From assembly GCA_964360065.1 (NCBI GenBank), contig CAYHTW010000003.1:44853-108852 (forward strand): a DNA stretch of 64,000 bases, written 5' to 3'. Below are positions 1 to 10,635 of the stretch, in pieces; the stretch's first letter is position 1; each line of letters starts with the position of its first letter. This DNA is from an uncultured Candidatus Saccharibacteria bacterium (GTDB taxonomy: Bacteria; Patescibacteriota; Minisyncoccia; UBA6257; Colwellbacteraceae). The position numbers and the translations under genes were made by a program. The notes under the pieces are model-generated. The model saw nothing but the letters and a program-made list of their open reading frames with translations, made no database searches and was not told where the DNA came from.

Positions 1-1831
1 TGACATGCGTCCAGGCTCCGATATAAGTAGCTGGGTTGGATCGCGGAGTACGGCCTATGGGAGACTGGTCTACATTAATAACCCTATTGATATATTCCAA
101 ACCCAAAATGGATTTATAGGCGCTTTCTTTATAACTGGAGTGATTGAACCTATTGGACAGGGTTTTGTAGAGTACATCATAAACCAAAGTGCTTTTGCCG
201 GATCCGGACACGCCAGTAACCGCCACAAATCTACGGAGCGGTATGTCCACATTAATATTCTTAAGATTGTTCTGGGATACACCCCTAAGCTTTATGAAAT
301 CCCCGGGAACTTTAACCGGTCTTTTTTTAGCAGGCATTGGAATCTTTTCCTCGCCTCGTAGATAGCTAAGTGTCAGACTATTTTGTTTCTTATCCTTGAA
401 GATTTCTGGGATCGAACCTTGGGCCACGATTTTGCCTCCGTGAATTCCGGCCGCCGGTCCGATGTCCACTAAGTAGTCCGATGCGCGGATAGTTTCCTCG
501 TCATGCTCCACAATAATTATCGTGTTGCCCAAATCTCTTAGATTATGCAAAGTTTTAATTAACTTATCATTATCTCTCTGATGTAAGCCGATAGTTGGTT
601 CGTCCAAGATATATAGAGTCCCAACAAGCCTTGAGCCTATTTGGGAAGCCAAGCGAATTCTTTGCGATTCGCCGCCGGACAAAGTTCCGGCACGTCTATC
701 TAGTGTTAGATAATTCAAACCAACATCCATCATAAACTTAAGGCGGTTTTTTATTTCCCGCAGCGGCGTCTCTGAAATTTCTTTCTGTTTTTCGGTCCAT
801 TTCTTATCGGTCTCGGCTAGAAACACCGAAGAGTCGCCAACTGACAATGACGTAATTTGGGTAATGTTTTTACCGTCAATCAAAACGTTCAAGGCTTCCG
901 GCTTTAACCGTTTACCAAGACATACTGCGCAAATTTTTTCCGACCATAAATCTTCTGTTCCTAAACCGTGGCAAGTCGGGCAAGCTCCATAGGGGCTATT
1001 GAAAGAGAAAAGCCTCGGCTCTATTTCGGGGAAAGAAAAATTATCCCTGGGGCAGGAAAACTTGGCCGAGAAACTTACTTCTTTATCTCCCATTACGGCT
1101 ACTGTTGTATCGTTGCCGTGCTTCAGGGCTGCCTCCACCGCCTCGGCAAGACGGAGCCTATTCTCTTTATCCTCCATATCGGTCCCGGCCGTGACCTTAT
1201 CAACTATCAGCTCTATGGTGTGCTGTTTGTAACGAGACATGGTTACTCTTTCCCTTAAAGACTTGAACTCGCCATCAACTCTCGCTTCCCGGAAGCCGGC
1301 GCTTAAGAAATCGTATAAGAGCTGATAGTACTCTCCCTTTCTTCCCCTAACAGACGGCGCCATGATAACCAACTCCTTCTGTACTTTCCCATAAGGTGCC
1401 GAGAAGGCTACTATGGCGTCCACTATCTCGGCAGAAGTCATCCTCCTTATTTCCGCGCCACAGACAGGGCAATAGGGCACACCGATGCGGGCAAATAAAA
1501 CTCTCAAATAATCGTAGATCTCGGTGATAGTAGCTACCGTTGACCGAGGGTTAGAAGAATGCGCTTTTTGGTCTATAGAAATGGCGGGAGAAAGCCCCTC
1601 AATCTCATCCACATCAGGTTTATCCAAGCGACCCAAAAACTGCCTGGCATAAGCCGAGAGAGACTCTATATATCTTCTCTGCCCCTCGGCAAAGATTGTG
1701 TCAAATGCTAAGGACGACTTGCCCGAGCCGGAAAGGCCGGTGAAAACTACCATCTTGTCCCGAGGTATCTCCAGGCTTATATTTTTCAGGTTATGCTCTC
1801 TCGCTCCTTTGATGATTATTTTATCTTTCAT
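1..1831 (-). CDS. uvrA: Excinuclease ABC subunit A (UvrA), N-terminal ~610 aa; C-terminal part lies beyond window start
   Basis: Not in the ORF track because it is open at the left edge. Manual minus-strand translation from ATG (complement of 1829-1831) gives [66 protein letters not shown]... It contains Walker [10 protein letters not shown], Cys-clusters CPVCG / CPTCHG, the ABC signature [12 protein letters not shown] and a second Walker [10 protein letters not shown]. The start codon directly abuts the uvrB stop (TAAATG). Confidence 0.85.
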   Translation of the reverse strand, partial: MKDKIIIKGAREHNLKNISLEIPRDKMVVFTGLSGSGKSSLAFDTIFAEGQRRYIESLSAYARQFLGRLDKPDVDEIEGLSPAISIDQKAHSSNPRSTVATITEIYDYLRVLFARIGVPYCPVCGAEIRRMTSAEIVDAIVAFSAPYGKVQKELVIMAPSVRGRKGEYYQLLYDFLSAGFREARVDGEFKSLRERVTMSRYKQHTIELIVDKVTAGTDMEDKENRLRLAEAVEAALKHGNDTTVAVMGDKEVSFSAKFSCPRDNFSFPEIEPRLFSFNSPYGACPTCHGLGTEDLWSEKICAVCLGKRLKPEALNVLIDGKNITQITSLSVGDSSVFLAETDKKWTEKQKEISETPLREIKNRLKFMMDVGLNYLTLDRRAGTLSGGESQRIRLASQIGSRLVGTLYILDEPTIGLHQRDNDKLIKTLHNLRDLGNTIIIVEHDEETIRASDYLVDIGPAAGIHGGKIVAQGSIPEIFKDKKQNSLTLSYLRGEEKIPMPAKKRPVKVPGDFIKLRGVSQNNLKNINVDIPLRRFVAVTGVSGSGKSTLVYDVLYKTLSNRFNHSSYKESAYKSILGLEYINRVINVDQSPIGRTPRSNPATYIGAWTHV

Positions 1832-3823
1832 TTATTTTTCTTTACTTTTGCTTCTTTTGATAAGTTCTTTCACTTCGTCGCGCAAAATTGCAGCGAGTTC
1901 AAAGTCCAGATTTTTCGCAGCTTCTTTCATTTCTCTTTCCTTGGTCTTCAGTAATCTTTCCATCTCGGTCTTGGATTTTATTACCGGTGCCAATTCCAAT
2001 TCCAAAATATCGTCCGGCAAAATACTGGTAATAGGCCTGATGATGGTTCTCGGCGTAATGCCGTGTTCCTTGTTATAGGCCAATTGTATTTCCCTTCTTC
2101 TATTAGTCTCGCCGACAGCACGCTCTATGGAGCCCGTGATTTTATCGGCGTAAATCAGAACTTCACCCCTGACGTTTCTGGCGGCGCGGCCTATGACCTG
2201 AATTAAAGAAGTATCACTTCTCAAGAATCCTTCCTTGTCGGCATCCAAGATGGCAATCAGTGATACCTCCGGCAAGTCCAAGCCCTCTCTCAATAAGTTA
2301 ACCCCAACCAGAACATCAAACTCCCCTTTTCTTAAACCGGTCAGGAGCCTGATTCTGTCCAGAGTTTTAACATCGCTGTGGAGATAGTTAACTTTTATGC
2401 CTTCTTCCTCTAAGTATTGAGATAAATCCTCGGCCATCTTCTTGGTAAGGGTTGTCACTAGAACTCTTTCCTTTTCGGACACCCTTTGTTTAATTCTCGG
2501 AACTAAGTCATCAATCTGGCCTGTTGCCGGCAACATCGTGATTATTGGATCTACTAACCCTGTAGGCCTGATAATCTGCTCCACTACTTGCCCTGAGCCT
2601 GTCGAAGGGTCGCTCTTCTCTTTCTCATAATTACTTGGGGTCGCTGAAGTGTATATAACCTGGGGCATCCTGGCTTCAAATTCTTTAAATTGCAAAGGAC
2701 GGTTATCTGCCGCCGAAGGCAGCCTAAAGCCGTAATCAATTAAAGTTGATTTACGGGCCTTGTCGCCCGCAAACATTCCTCTGATTTGTGGCACGCTCGC
2801 GTGAGATTCGTCTATAACCATCAAAAAATCTTTAGGGAAGTAATCCAACAAAGTTGCCGGAGGTTCTCCGGCAGGCCTGCCCGACAAGTGTCTGGAGTAA
2901 TTCTCAATGCCATGGCAATAACCGGCCTCCCTTATCATTGCAATGTCGTTTAAGGTACGTCTTTCAATTCTTTCCGCCTCCAGAAACTTTCCTTCTTTCT
3001 CAAACTTCTTGAGCTGGTCTTTAAGTTCCTGCTTGATAGTTACCAGCGCTTTTTCTCTTTCGTCGCTCATAGTAATAAAATGTCTGGCCGGAGATATAAA
3101 AACTTCGTTCACGCTCGGTGTTTTGCCGAACTGGAATCCTTTAACCGGGTCAACTATAAATATCTCGGCAATTTTATTTTCGGAAAGCCTGAAATTATAA
3201 ATAACTTCCTCGTTTGGAGGCATAATCTCCCAGCTGTCGCCGCGCAGCCTGAAAGTGCCCCGTTTTAAATCGGCATTAGTTCTGCTAAATTGCATACCTA
3301 CCAGTTTCCTCACCAAAGCTTTCCTGTCTATGAAGTCCCCAACCTTAAAATGAATAATGCTTTCGGCATATGCTTCCGGAGCTCCCAAACCATAAATACA
3401 TGAAACGGAGGCCACTACTATCACGTCTTTGCGAGTAAGAAGCGCAGTAGTGGAAGCATGCCTTAACTTATCTATCTCATCGTTAATCATAGCTTCCTTG
3501 TCTATATAGGTGTCAGTTGAAGGCATATAAGCCTCCGGCTGATAGTAGTCGTAGTAAGAAACGAAGTAATGCACGGCGTTGTGGGGAAAGAGTTCGCGGA
3601 ACTCATTGCAGAGCTGGGCAGCTAGGGTTTTATTGTGAGCTATAACCAGAGTCGGCTTCTGAATAGCCTCTATAACATTAGCAATCGTAAAAGTCTTGCC
3701 GGAACCGGTCACGCCCAAAAGAGTCTGGTTTTTGTAGCCCTTTTTTAAACCATAAACAAGCTTAACTATAGCCTGTGGCTGGTCTCCTGCCGGTTTGTTA
3801 TCCGATACTATTTCAAATTTCAT
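1832..3823 (-). CDS. uvrB: Excinuclease ABC subunit B (UvrB)
   Basis: 663-aa ORF; the N-terminus ([32 protein letters not shown]), helicase motifs, and a C-terminal UvrB/UvrC interaction coil ([15 protein letters not shown]) are typical of UvrB. Confidence 0.95.
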   Translation of the reverse strand: MKFEIVSDNKPAGDQPQAIVKLVYGLKKGYKNQTLLGVTGSGKTFTIANVIEAIQKPTLVIAHNKTLAAQLCNEFRELFPHNAVHYFVSYYDYYQPEAYMPSTDTYIDKEAMINDEIDKLRHASTTALLTRKDVIVVASVSCIYGLGAPEAYAESIIHFKVGDFIDRKALVRKLVGMQFSRTNADLKRGTFRLRGDSWEIMPPNEEVIYNFRLSENKIAEIFIVDPVKGFQFGKTPSVNEVFISPARHFITMSDEREKALVTIKQELKDQLKKFEKEGKFLEAERIERRTLNDIAMIREAGYCHGIENYSRHLSGRPAGEPPATLLDYFPKDFLMVIDESHASVPQIRGMFAGDKARKSTLIDYGFRLPSAADNRPLQFKEFEARMPQVIYTSATPSNYEKEKSDPSTGSGQVVEQIIRPTGLVDPIITMLPATGQIDDLVPRIKQRVSEKERVLVTTLTKKMAEDLSQYLEEEGIKVNYLHSDVKTLDRIRLLTGLRKGEFDVLVGVNLLREGLDLPEVSLIAILDADKEGFLRSDTSLIQVIGRAARNVRGEVLIYADKITGSIERAVGETNRRREIQLAYNKEHGITPRTIIRPITSILPDDILELELAPVIKSKTEMERLLKTKEREMKEAAKNLDFELAAILRDEVKELIKRSKSKEK

Positions 3824-3906
3824 TTTTGAATATCAAAAACTCCCCTCGTTTTGGCTACAGAGAGGTACTTATAAGGAGTTTAGAGAAGGCTGAGAGTTAA
3901 GTCAAC

Positions 3907-4428
3907 CTAATAAGAAATAGTGAAACGGTATTTCTTTTTAGCCCAATACAGACCGGCATAAGCAACACCTATACGGGGAGTTTTTTTAATTAATTTCTTA
4001 TCCACCCACACTCCACGGTCCTCTATCCATAAACCAGTCTTAACTGAAACGGTTTCATTAATGAAACCGCCGTTCACGCCCAGCTTCTTAGTAACTCTAC
4101 CTGGCCCGTTTATCCCCTGAACTCCTCGGATTAGAACTGCGGCAGGATAATCTTTGGGTCCAGTTACAACATTCAACATCCAATGCATACCGTAGGTGAA
4201 GTAAACATACCAGTGTCCGGCAGGACCAAACATTGGAGTATTTCTCACGGTCCTACCTCGGTGAGCATGCGAAGCTCTGTCTTGAGGCCCGTCATAAGCC
4301 TCCACTTCGGTTATCATGGCAGCAATAACTCTGCCGTTTTTATTCCTCACCAGAAACTTACCTAAAAGACCTTGGGCTACTACCAGCGTGGGTCGGTTAA
4401 AAAAGTTTTTCTTTAAGACTTTTCTCAA
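3907..4428 (-). CDS. mpg: DNA-3-methyladenine glycosylase (Mpg/AAG family)
   Basis: 173 aa with motifs LLGKFLV, ITEVEAYDGPQDRASHAHRGRTVRNTPMFGPAGHWYVYFTYGMHWMLNVV, characteristic of the alkyladenine glycosylase family. Confidence 0.8.
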   Translation of the reverse strand: MRKVLKKNFFNRPTLVVAQGLLGKFLVRNKNGRVIAAMITEVEAYDGPQDRASHAHRGRTVRNTPMFGPAGHWYVYFTYGMHWMLNVVTGPKDYPAAVLIRGVQGINGPGRVTKKLGVNGGFINETVSVKTGLWIEDRGVWVDKKLIKKTPRIGVAYAGLYWAKKKYRFTISY

Positions 4429-4481
4429 AACATTATTGGCCTAAACTAAAATCTAATCAAAATCCAGACTAAATTCCCACT

Positions 4482-4517
4482 AGTATACTATAGTACTGAT
4501 CAGTACTATAGTATACT
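4482..4517. repeat. 36-bp perfect AT-rich palindrome AGTATACTATAGTACTGA|TCAGTACTATAGTATACT, immediately 3' of the 101-aa gene; a related copy is at 41640-41697
   Basis: Checked base by base: arms are perfectly complementary over 18+18 nt around a central GATC. Confidence 0.9.
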
Positions 4518-4823
4518 CTAAAACCTGGAAGCTTCTTTAAATTCTTTTAAGATTTCTTTGGGCAGCGGCTCCCCCGGCTTGGTTTCTCCGGGATACCTCC
4601 AGGCAGAAATGACCTTTCTTTTCTTTGGCGTATCCTGCACCATCACCCAAATCTCATAAGGGTTTTTAGCCGTACCCGCTTTCTGCATCAAAGCCAGGGT
4701 CTTGTCGGCTATGCCGCCCTCTATTCTTGAGGGAAAGCTCAAAACTCTTTTAACTCTCGCTTCACTCAAACGATACTGCCTCATTTTAGACTGCGAGTGG
4801 TTTGTCCAGAGCAAAGTCTTCAT
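4518..4823 (-). CDS. Hypothetical protein (101 aa), no recognisable family
   Basis: ORF of plausible composition between mpg and the GT-C gene. No motif I can name. Confidence 0.45.
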   Translation of the reverse strand: MKTLLWTNHSQSKMRQYRLSEARVKRVLSFPSRIEGGIADKTLALMQKAGTAKNPYEIWVMVQDTPKKRKVISAWRYPGETKPGEPLPKEILKEFKEASRF

Positions 4824-4849
4824 AGTTTTGATATAATAAGTATAACAGT

Positions 4850-6715
4850 ATGGAAACTTCCAAAAAAATCCCTTATGCGATTCTATGTCTTATAATCGTT
4901 GTGTCTTTCGACCTTATGGTTTCGGTCTCACGGCAAGAATCGGCTATCTATGACGAACTAGCGCACATTCCTGCAGGATATAGCTACGACAAATACTTTG
5001 ACTACCGCTTAAATCCAGAACACCCGCCTCTCGTTAAGATGCTCTCTGGCCTACCCCTAACATTCCTAAACCTCAATTTCCCGACTCAAAGCGCGGCCTG
5101 GACTACCGACGTAAACGGCCAATGGTATATTGGTTGGGACTTCCTTTATAACTCCGGTAATAACCCAGACGCCATTATCCAATGGGCCAGAATCGGACCG
5201 ATGCTACTCACGCTTCTATTAATATTCTTTATTTACCTTTGGTCCTCGAAACTTTTAGGTTCCTGGTGGGGGCTGCTGCCGGCAGCGCTATTTGGATTAT
5301 CACCAACTGTTCTAGCCCACGGCCATTTTGTTACCACCGACATCGGAGCAGCTCTGGGTTTCTTCATGTCAATTTATTACTTCACTAAATTCCAAGAAAA
5401 CCAGACTAAAAAGAATTTAATTCTGGCAGGCATCGGATTTGGCATTGCCCAGCTTCTTAAATTCTCGGGTATTATCCTTATTCCATATCTACTGCTTCTT
5501 ACTTTTATTTTTTATGGCGGTGGTATCTGGAGAAATTGGAAATACGGCGCAGCAGGCTACCAACTTTTACGCAAAACTTGGTTTGATGGCTGGAAAAGAT
5601 TGAGAGACATAATTCTAATCTTCTTAATCGGAGCGGCTATCATCTATCCGCTCTACTTTGTTACTACCATAAACTATCCACCGGAGAAACAACGTTCCGA
5701 CACCATAGAAACCTTAAATTCTTTTGCTAACGGGCCGACTCCGGAGGGACAAATCTGCAAACCAATGAGATGCTTAGCCGATCTTGATATCTGGGCCTCA
5801 AATAAGCCCTTAGTAAGGCCTTATGCCGAATATCTCTTAGGTGTCTTGATGGTTCTGCAGCGCGCCGATGGTGGCAATACCAGTTATTTTCTCGGGCAAG
5901 TTTCCGCCGCAGGCACCTGGTATTATTTCCCCCTGGTTTATCTGATGAAAGAATCTCTCCCGGTCTTAATTCTTATAGGCCTAGCATTCTTGCTATCAGT
6001 CTGGGCAATAATTAAGACTTTTTGGAGAAGAAAAAGTAGCTTTGCCGATTATCTGGAAACCCACCCTGGAGAGTTTGCTATGATTTTATTGATAATTGTT
6101 TATATGGCCTACAGCATAAACGGTAGGCTGAACATTGGAGTCAGGCATCTATTCCCGATATTACCGGGTTTATATATTCTTACAGCTTCTGGCCTCAAAA
6201 GGTGGCTTAATAACATTAACTATCAGAAGGCTAAGTTCGCTTTTCTGGGAATTATGGTTGTTTGGCTCGGGGCGGAAGCCGGCTTCGGCTACCCATACTA
6301 TCTCTCTTACTCTAACGAAGCTTTTGGAGGAACTGCCGTGGGCTGGCAATATGTTACCGACTCTAACTATGATTGGGGGCAGGATTTAAAAAGGTTTAAA
6401 ACTTTCATGAAGAATCCGCCAGCCGGCGAAAATATTGATAAAATCGCGGTGAAGTATTTCGGAGGCGGGGATCTCGCTTACTATCTTGGACCCACTGCCG
6501 TCCGCTGGGAATCGCGCGACGGTGACCCGAGAGAACAAGGTATTAATTGGTTTGCCATCTCTGTTAACGAACTACAGGGTAGTGTCCACCCCTGGGCTGA
6601 CGGGAATGATCCTAGAAACGACGATGACCGTTTCCTATGGCTCCAAAGCACTGTTGATATCAGTAAGCCCTACACCAGGGCCGGAACCTCAATTTTTATC
6701 TATAAACTCCCTTAA
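4850..6715 (+). CDS. GT-C fold glycosyltransferase, PMT/ArnT-like (polyprenol-phosphate-sugar dependent), multi-pass membrane protein
   Basis: 621 aa, many TM segments. The N-terminal loop motif YDELAHIPAGYSY...NPEHPPLVKML matches the DE-loop/HPPL signature of PMT_2/ArnT-type glycosyltransferases. Confidence 0.7.
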   Translation: METSKKIPYAILCLIIVVSFDLMVSVSRQESAIYDELAHIPAGYSYDKYFDYRLNPEHPPLVKMLSGLPLTFLNLNFPTQSAAWTTDVNGQWYIGWDFLYNSGNNPDAIIQWARIGPMLLTLLLIFFIYLWSSKLLGSWWGLLPAALFGLSPTVLAHGHFVTTDIGAALGFFMSIYYFTKFQENQTKKNLILAGIGFGIAQLLKFSGIILIPYLLLLTFIFYGGGIWRNWKYGAAGYQLLRKTWFDGWKRLRDIILIFLIGAAIIYPLYFVTTINYPPEKQRSDTIETLNSFANGPTPEGQICKPMRCLADLDIWASNKPLVRPYAEYLLGVLMVLQRADGGNTSYFLGQVSAAGTWYYFPLVYLMKESLPVLILIGLAFLLSVWAIIKTFWRRKSSFADYLETHPGEFAMILLIIVYMAYSINGRLNIGVRHLFPILPGLYILTASGLKRWLNNINYQKAKFAFLGIMVVWLGAEAGFGYPYYLSYSNEAFGGTAVGWQYVTDSNYDWGQDLKRFKTFMKNPPAGENIDKIAVKYFGGGDLAYYLGPTAVRWESRDGDPREQGINWFAISVNELQGSVHPWADGNDPRNDDDRFLWLQSTVDISKPYTRAGTSIFIYKLP

Positions 6716-6734
6716 TTACTTTGCGTATGTCCTA

Positions 6735-7529
6735 TTACTTTTTATAAACTCTGCCAGCAACTGTGAGGTTTATATAGGACAACTTCCTCCAATCAGGACC
6801 GCTTTTAATATTTTGGATAGTCTCTTTGGCAAAGTAAGGATCAACTAAGAGGCTGAAGTAGATTTTAGGGCCGAGAGTGGTCATAGCCACTATTTCTTTA
6901 AGCTTAATATCTTCAACTGAAAAACCCATAACAGAGATACCCAAATCTTGAATCAGCTGAACTGACTTCAAGAAATTACTTAACTCGTCTCCTTGTAAAA
7001 CTTGGTCGCCTAACTTTGTATCCATCCCGTTACTAACTTTAACGAAACTAACTAGCGTACCATCTGTCTCGGGAGCCGAGGAAAAAGCAATGCCTTCTTT
7101 ATCAATCCAAAAACAACTACCTTCGCACCAAACACCAAATTTCTCTCTTTCTGTAACTGCTATTGTGACTGATCTGCTAAATAAACTTCGTTGGACTTTT
7201 ATTTCAGCTATCTCCGGGAAAATATCTCTCGGCTTTTTAATGTCCAGATTACTCCAAAAGAAAATCCTGTCAGGATTAAATATAGCTTTAGAAGGATAAC
7301 TCCCGAGTCTTTTCTCCAAGAAAGCGGTGATGTCTGGCTGACTTAGAACGCCATCCCCGCTAAACTGAATGCTTTTAACTTTAAAGAAGGCTGAGAGAAA
7401 AATCAGGTAAACAATACTAGCCACCACGCCAAGAAATACGAGAAATAAGACGGTTAGCTTTAGTCTTTCCCCAAAAACCCTTCTCTGTTCTAAGCTACTA
7501 AGCGGGCGTGATTTCGCTTTTACCAACAT
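6735..7529 (-). CDS. ftsQ: FtsQ/DivIB-like cell division protein (N-terminal TM anchor, POTRA-like region)
   Basis: 264 aa with a single N-terminal TM (LKLTVLFLVFLGVVASIVYLIFL) followed by a periplasmic domain. This architecture is typical of FtsQ. Sequence similarity is judged by eye only. Confidence 0.5.
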   Translation of the reverse strand: MLVKAKSRPLSSLEQRRVFGERLKLTVLFLVFLGVVASIVYLIFLSAFFKVKSIQFSGDGVLSQPDITAFLEKRLGSYPSKAIFNPDRIFFWSNLDIKKPRDIFPEIAEIKVQRSLFSRSVTIAVTEREKFGVWCEGSCFWIDKEGIAFSSAPETDGTLVSFVKVSNGMDTKLGDQVLQGDELSNFLKSVQLIQDLGISVMGFSVEDIKLKEIVAMTTLGPKIYFSLLVDPYFAKETIQNIKSGPDWRKLSYINLTVAGRVYKK

Positions 7530-8724
7530 AGTTCCTTAGAACCTCGGGCACTACGATGGTGCCTTTTTCTGTCTGATAGTTCTCCAGGACGGCGATGATT
7601 ATCCTGCCAATAGCAAAAGCAGTGGCGTTTAGGGTGTGTAAATAGTTCTTCTGGTCTTCGTGGGCGTATTTGATATTGATTCCCCTGGCTTGGAAGTCAG
7701 TCGTGTTGGAAGCCGAATTGGTCTCTCGATATTTATCCTGGCCCGGCAGCCAGGTTTCCACATCAAACTGCCTGTAGTCTCCAAAACCCATATCACCCGT
7801 GCAGATAGCCACTACACGGTAGGGCAGCTTCAAGGCTGATAGCAATTCTTCCTGGCGCTCCACTAGGAACTTGTGCTCTTCTTCAGATTTATTTGGCTCG
7901 CAGAAAGAAAACATCTCTACTTTATCAAACTGGTGGACACGAAGAATGCCCTTGGTATCTTTACCGTAACTCCCGGCCTCTCGCCTGAAACAGGTAGAGA
8001 AACCAATATATCTCCTCGGTAAAGTCTTCTCGCTTAAAACATCATTCATATGCATGGGGCCGATGGTGTGTTCAGAAGAACCAATCAGGTATAAATCATC
8101 TTCTGGTAGATAAAAAGCATCGCCGGCTTCTATAAACTTCGCCTTGCCCATGCCTTTGAAAACCTCCGGCTTCATCATGACCGGCGGAATAACCGGTGTA
8201 AAACCGTACGGTATAAGCTTATCCATAGCGAACTTAACCAAGGCAAACTCCAGAGAGACCAGGTCACCAAGAATATAGCCGAATCTACTCCCAGCCACTG
8301 CCGAGGCTTTTTCTGTATTGATAAGTCCTTTAGCCAAAGTCACGTAATCCTTTGGCGCAAAAGAAAACTTGGGTTTTTCTCCCACTTCTTTAAGAACGAT
8401 GTTTTCTGTTTCGTCTTTTCCAATCGGCACATCAGCGGCTGGCGGATTGGGAATTTGCTCCACTATCACATTCCTCTCTTTGGCTAAAATATCTATCTCG
8501 GCAGTTAAGGCTTTTTCTTTTGCCTTAAGTTCTCTTCCTTTTCCCCTGTCTCCTTCCCCTAGCTTGTTTTTCTCTTTGCGCAAAGCATCAAATTCGGTCA
8601 CCTTCTCTCTCCAGGACTTGTCAACTCCAAGGAATTTATCAACGAGTTTCGAATCGCTTATCTTAAGCTCCAAGCCCTTTCTAAATTTTTCCGGTTGTTT
8701 CCTTAAGAGGTTGATGTCTATCAT
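7498..8724 (-). CDS. serS: Seryl-tRNA synthetase
   Basis: 408 aa with an N-terminal coiled-coil arm and class II aaRS motifs (FRREAGSYGKDTKGILRVHQFDKVE). Confidence 0.95.
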   Translation of the reverse strand: MIDINLLRKQPEKFRKGLELKISDSKLVDKFLGVDKSWREKVTEFDALRKEKNKLGEGDRGKGRELKAKEKALTAEIDILAKERNVIVEQIPNPPAADVPIGKDETENIVLKEVGEKPKFSFAPKDYVTLAKGLINTEKASAVAGSRFGYILGDLVSLEFALVKFAMDKLIPYGFTPVIPPVMMKPEVFKGMGKAKFIEAGDAFYLPEDDLYLIGSSEHTIGPMHMNDVLSEKTLPRRYIGFSTCFRREAGSYGKDTKGILRVHQFDKVEMFSFCEPNKSEEEHKFLVERQEELLSALKLPYRVVAICTGDMGFGDYRQFDVETWLPGQDKYRETNSASNTTDFQARGINIKYAHEDQKNYLHTLNATAFAIGRIIIAVLENYQTEKGTIVVPEVLRNYVGKSEITPA

Positions 8725-8728
8725 TCTT

Positions 8729-10174
8729 TTATTTTTTCTTCCTCATTAAAGGAAAGAATACAGTTTCCCTTAAAGGCTTGTCCATAAGCACCCCGAAGAG
8801 CCTTTCTGATAAGCCGAAGCCAGCCATCGGAGGCATACCGTATTCCAAAGCTTCCAAGAAATCTTCGTCTAGTCTTTGCGCTTCAACATCGCCTTTCTCT
8901 CGAAGCTTCATTTGTTCCTCAAATCTGGCGCGTTGATCAATGGGGTCATTAGCCTCGGAGAAGCCTTTCCCCAATTCAGTGCCACCGGCTACTATCTGGA
9001 ATCTGGCAACCTTCCCAGTATCATCGCTAATACGCTTGGCCAGGGGCTCAACATCCACTGGAGGATTTACAAGAAAACATGGTTGAATCAGCGTATGCCT
9101 GATTTTCTTGAAAAGCATATCTATAAGCCTACCCCTCCCAAGATTTTTCTCGAGCCTGAAGCCTTCGGTGATAGCTTTATTAAATAAGTCGTCTTCAGTG
9201 GCGGTTTCTAAATCTAAACCAACTTTTTCTTTAAAGATCTTATAATAATCAACCTGCGGCCATTTCTTACCCCAGTTTATTTTCTGCCCCCTATAAACTG
9301 TAGTTAAGGTACCGCAAGTCGCCTTGATGGTTTTCTTAAACATCCCCTCGGTCAATTTCATTAAATCGTTATAGTCTGCGTAGGCCCAATAGAATTCTAG
9401 CTGAGTGTAATCCTGTAGATGCTCAGCATCAATTCCTTCGTTCCTGAAAATCCTGCCAATTTCAAAAACCTTTTCGTAGCCTGCTACTATAATTTTTTTA
9501 AGCGCAATCTCTAAAGAAATCCTCAAATAAAAGTCTTCGTCTAAAGCGTTGTGGTGAGTTGCAAATGGCTCCGCATCGGCTCCACCTGGGATAGATTCCA
9601 GAACCGGGGTCTCTACTTCCAGAAACCCTTCGGATTTAAGCTCGACTCTTAATGAGTCCCAAAACTCAGCCTTTTTAATAAAAATATCCCGAACCTCTGG
9701 ATTTAAGGCTATGTCCAAATATCTCTGCCTTAACCTGGTTTCTACCTCGGCAATACCGTAAAAATCCTTAGGCATTGACCTCAAAGACTTAACTAATAGT
9801 TTAAAGGACTTTACCTCTAAACTTTCCTGTCCTTTCTTGGTTTTAAACAGAGTTCCGCCGGCTTCAACGAAATCACCCAAATCCAGATTTTCTTTCCAGA
9901 AATCAAAATCTTTAAAGCCTTCTTTCTTGAAGACTAACTGAATAACACCACTAGCATCTTTCATGTCGCCAAAGACCACGCCACCCTGGTCACGCCAGGC
10001 TCTCAAACGGCCAGTTAGATAAACTTTCTTTCGTGTCTTGGCGAGCTTACTAAAAGAAGTTAAGACATCTCCGATGGTATGCGATCTTTTGGACTCGGCA
10101 GGATAAGGATCAACGCCCTTGGCTTTGATATTCTTTAGCTTCTTTTTTCTCTCTTCTATTAGAGAATCAATCAT
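8729..10174 (-). CDS. lysS: Lysyl-tRNA synthetase, class II
   Basis: 481 aa with an OB-fold N-terminal domain plus class II core (FEIGRIFRNEGIDAEHLQDYTQLEFYWAY). Confidence 0.93.
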   Translation of the reverse strand: MIDSLIEERKKKLKNIKAKGVDPYPAESKRSHTIGDVLTSFSKLAKTRKKVYLTGRLRAWRDQGGVVFGDMKDASGVIQLVFKKEGFKDFDFWKENLDLGDFVEAGGTLFKTKKGQESLEVKSFKLLVKSLRSMPKDFYGIAEVETRLRQRYLDIALNPEVRDIFIKKAEFWDSLRVELKSEGFLEVETPVLESIPGGADAEPFATHHNALDEDFYLRISLEIALKKIIVAGYEKVFEIGRIFRNEGIDAEHLQDYTQLEFYWAYADYNDLMKLTEGMFKKTIKATCGTLTTVYRGQKINWGKKWPQVDYYKIFKEKVGLDLETATEDDLFNKAITEGFRLEKNLGRGRLIDMLFKKIRHTLIQPCFLVNPPVDVEPLAKRISDDTGKVARFQIVAGGTELGKGFSEANDPIDQRARFEEQMKLREKGDVEAQRLDEDFLEALEYGMPPMAGFGLSERLFGVLMDKPLRETVFFPLMRKKK

Positions 10175-10629
10175 TACCCAATTTTAACGACTTTATACTG
10201 AATTTTCCCATTAGGAGCATCCACGGCAATAGAATCTCCTACTTTACACCCTATAAGTCCGCTTCCAAGAGGAGATTCATTAGAGATGAACCCCTCTTCT
10301 GGTTTAGCCTCCTCGCTTCCTACAATCTTGAATTTTAAAAGCTGGTCATTACGTCTGACCTCAATGGTAGATCCTATATCAATCATTTCCTGATTGGCAG
10401 TTTCTTTTATAACTAGGACGTTTCTCACGATTTCTTCCAAATCGCCGATACGCCTCTCCATATTAGCTTGCTCATCCTTAGCTGCCTGATATTCGGCGTT
10501 CTCGGACAAATCGCCGAACTCCTTGGCTCTTTTTAACTTACTGGCGACTTCGACTCTTTTGTCGGTCTTTAAAGAGTTAAGTTCCGACTTCAATTCTTCC
10601 AATCTTTCTTTAGTTAAGTAATATTCCAT
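10174..10629 (-). CDS. greA: Transcription elongation factor GreA
   Basis: 151 aa with an N-terminal coiled coil carrying acidic tip residues (GDLSENAEYQAAKDEQ) and a C-terminal FKBP-like domain. Confidence 0.9.
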   Translation of the reverse strand: MEYYLTKERLEELKSELNSLKTDKRVEVASKLKRAKEFGDLSENAEYQAAKDEQANMERRIGDLEEIVRNVLVIKETANQEMIDIGSTIEVRRNDQLLKFKIVGSEEAKPEEGFISNESPLGSGLIGCKVGDSIAVDAPNGKIQYKVVKIG

Positions 10630-10635
10630 ATTTAT

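Noticed and set aside
5-1258. Plus-strand ORFs 5-361, 968-1258 and 999-1232
   Set aside because: They lie antisense to a continuous, motif-rich UvrA reading frame on the minus strand, so they are spurious.
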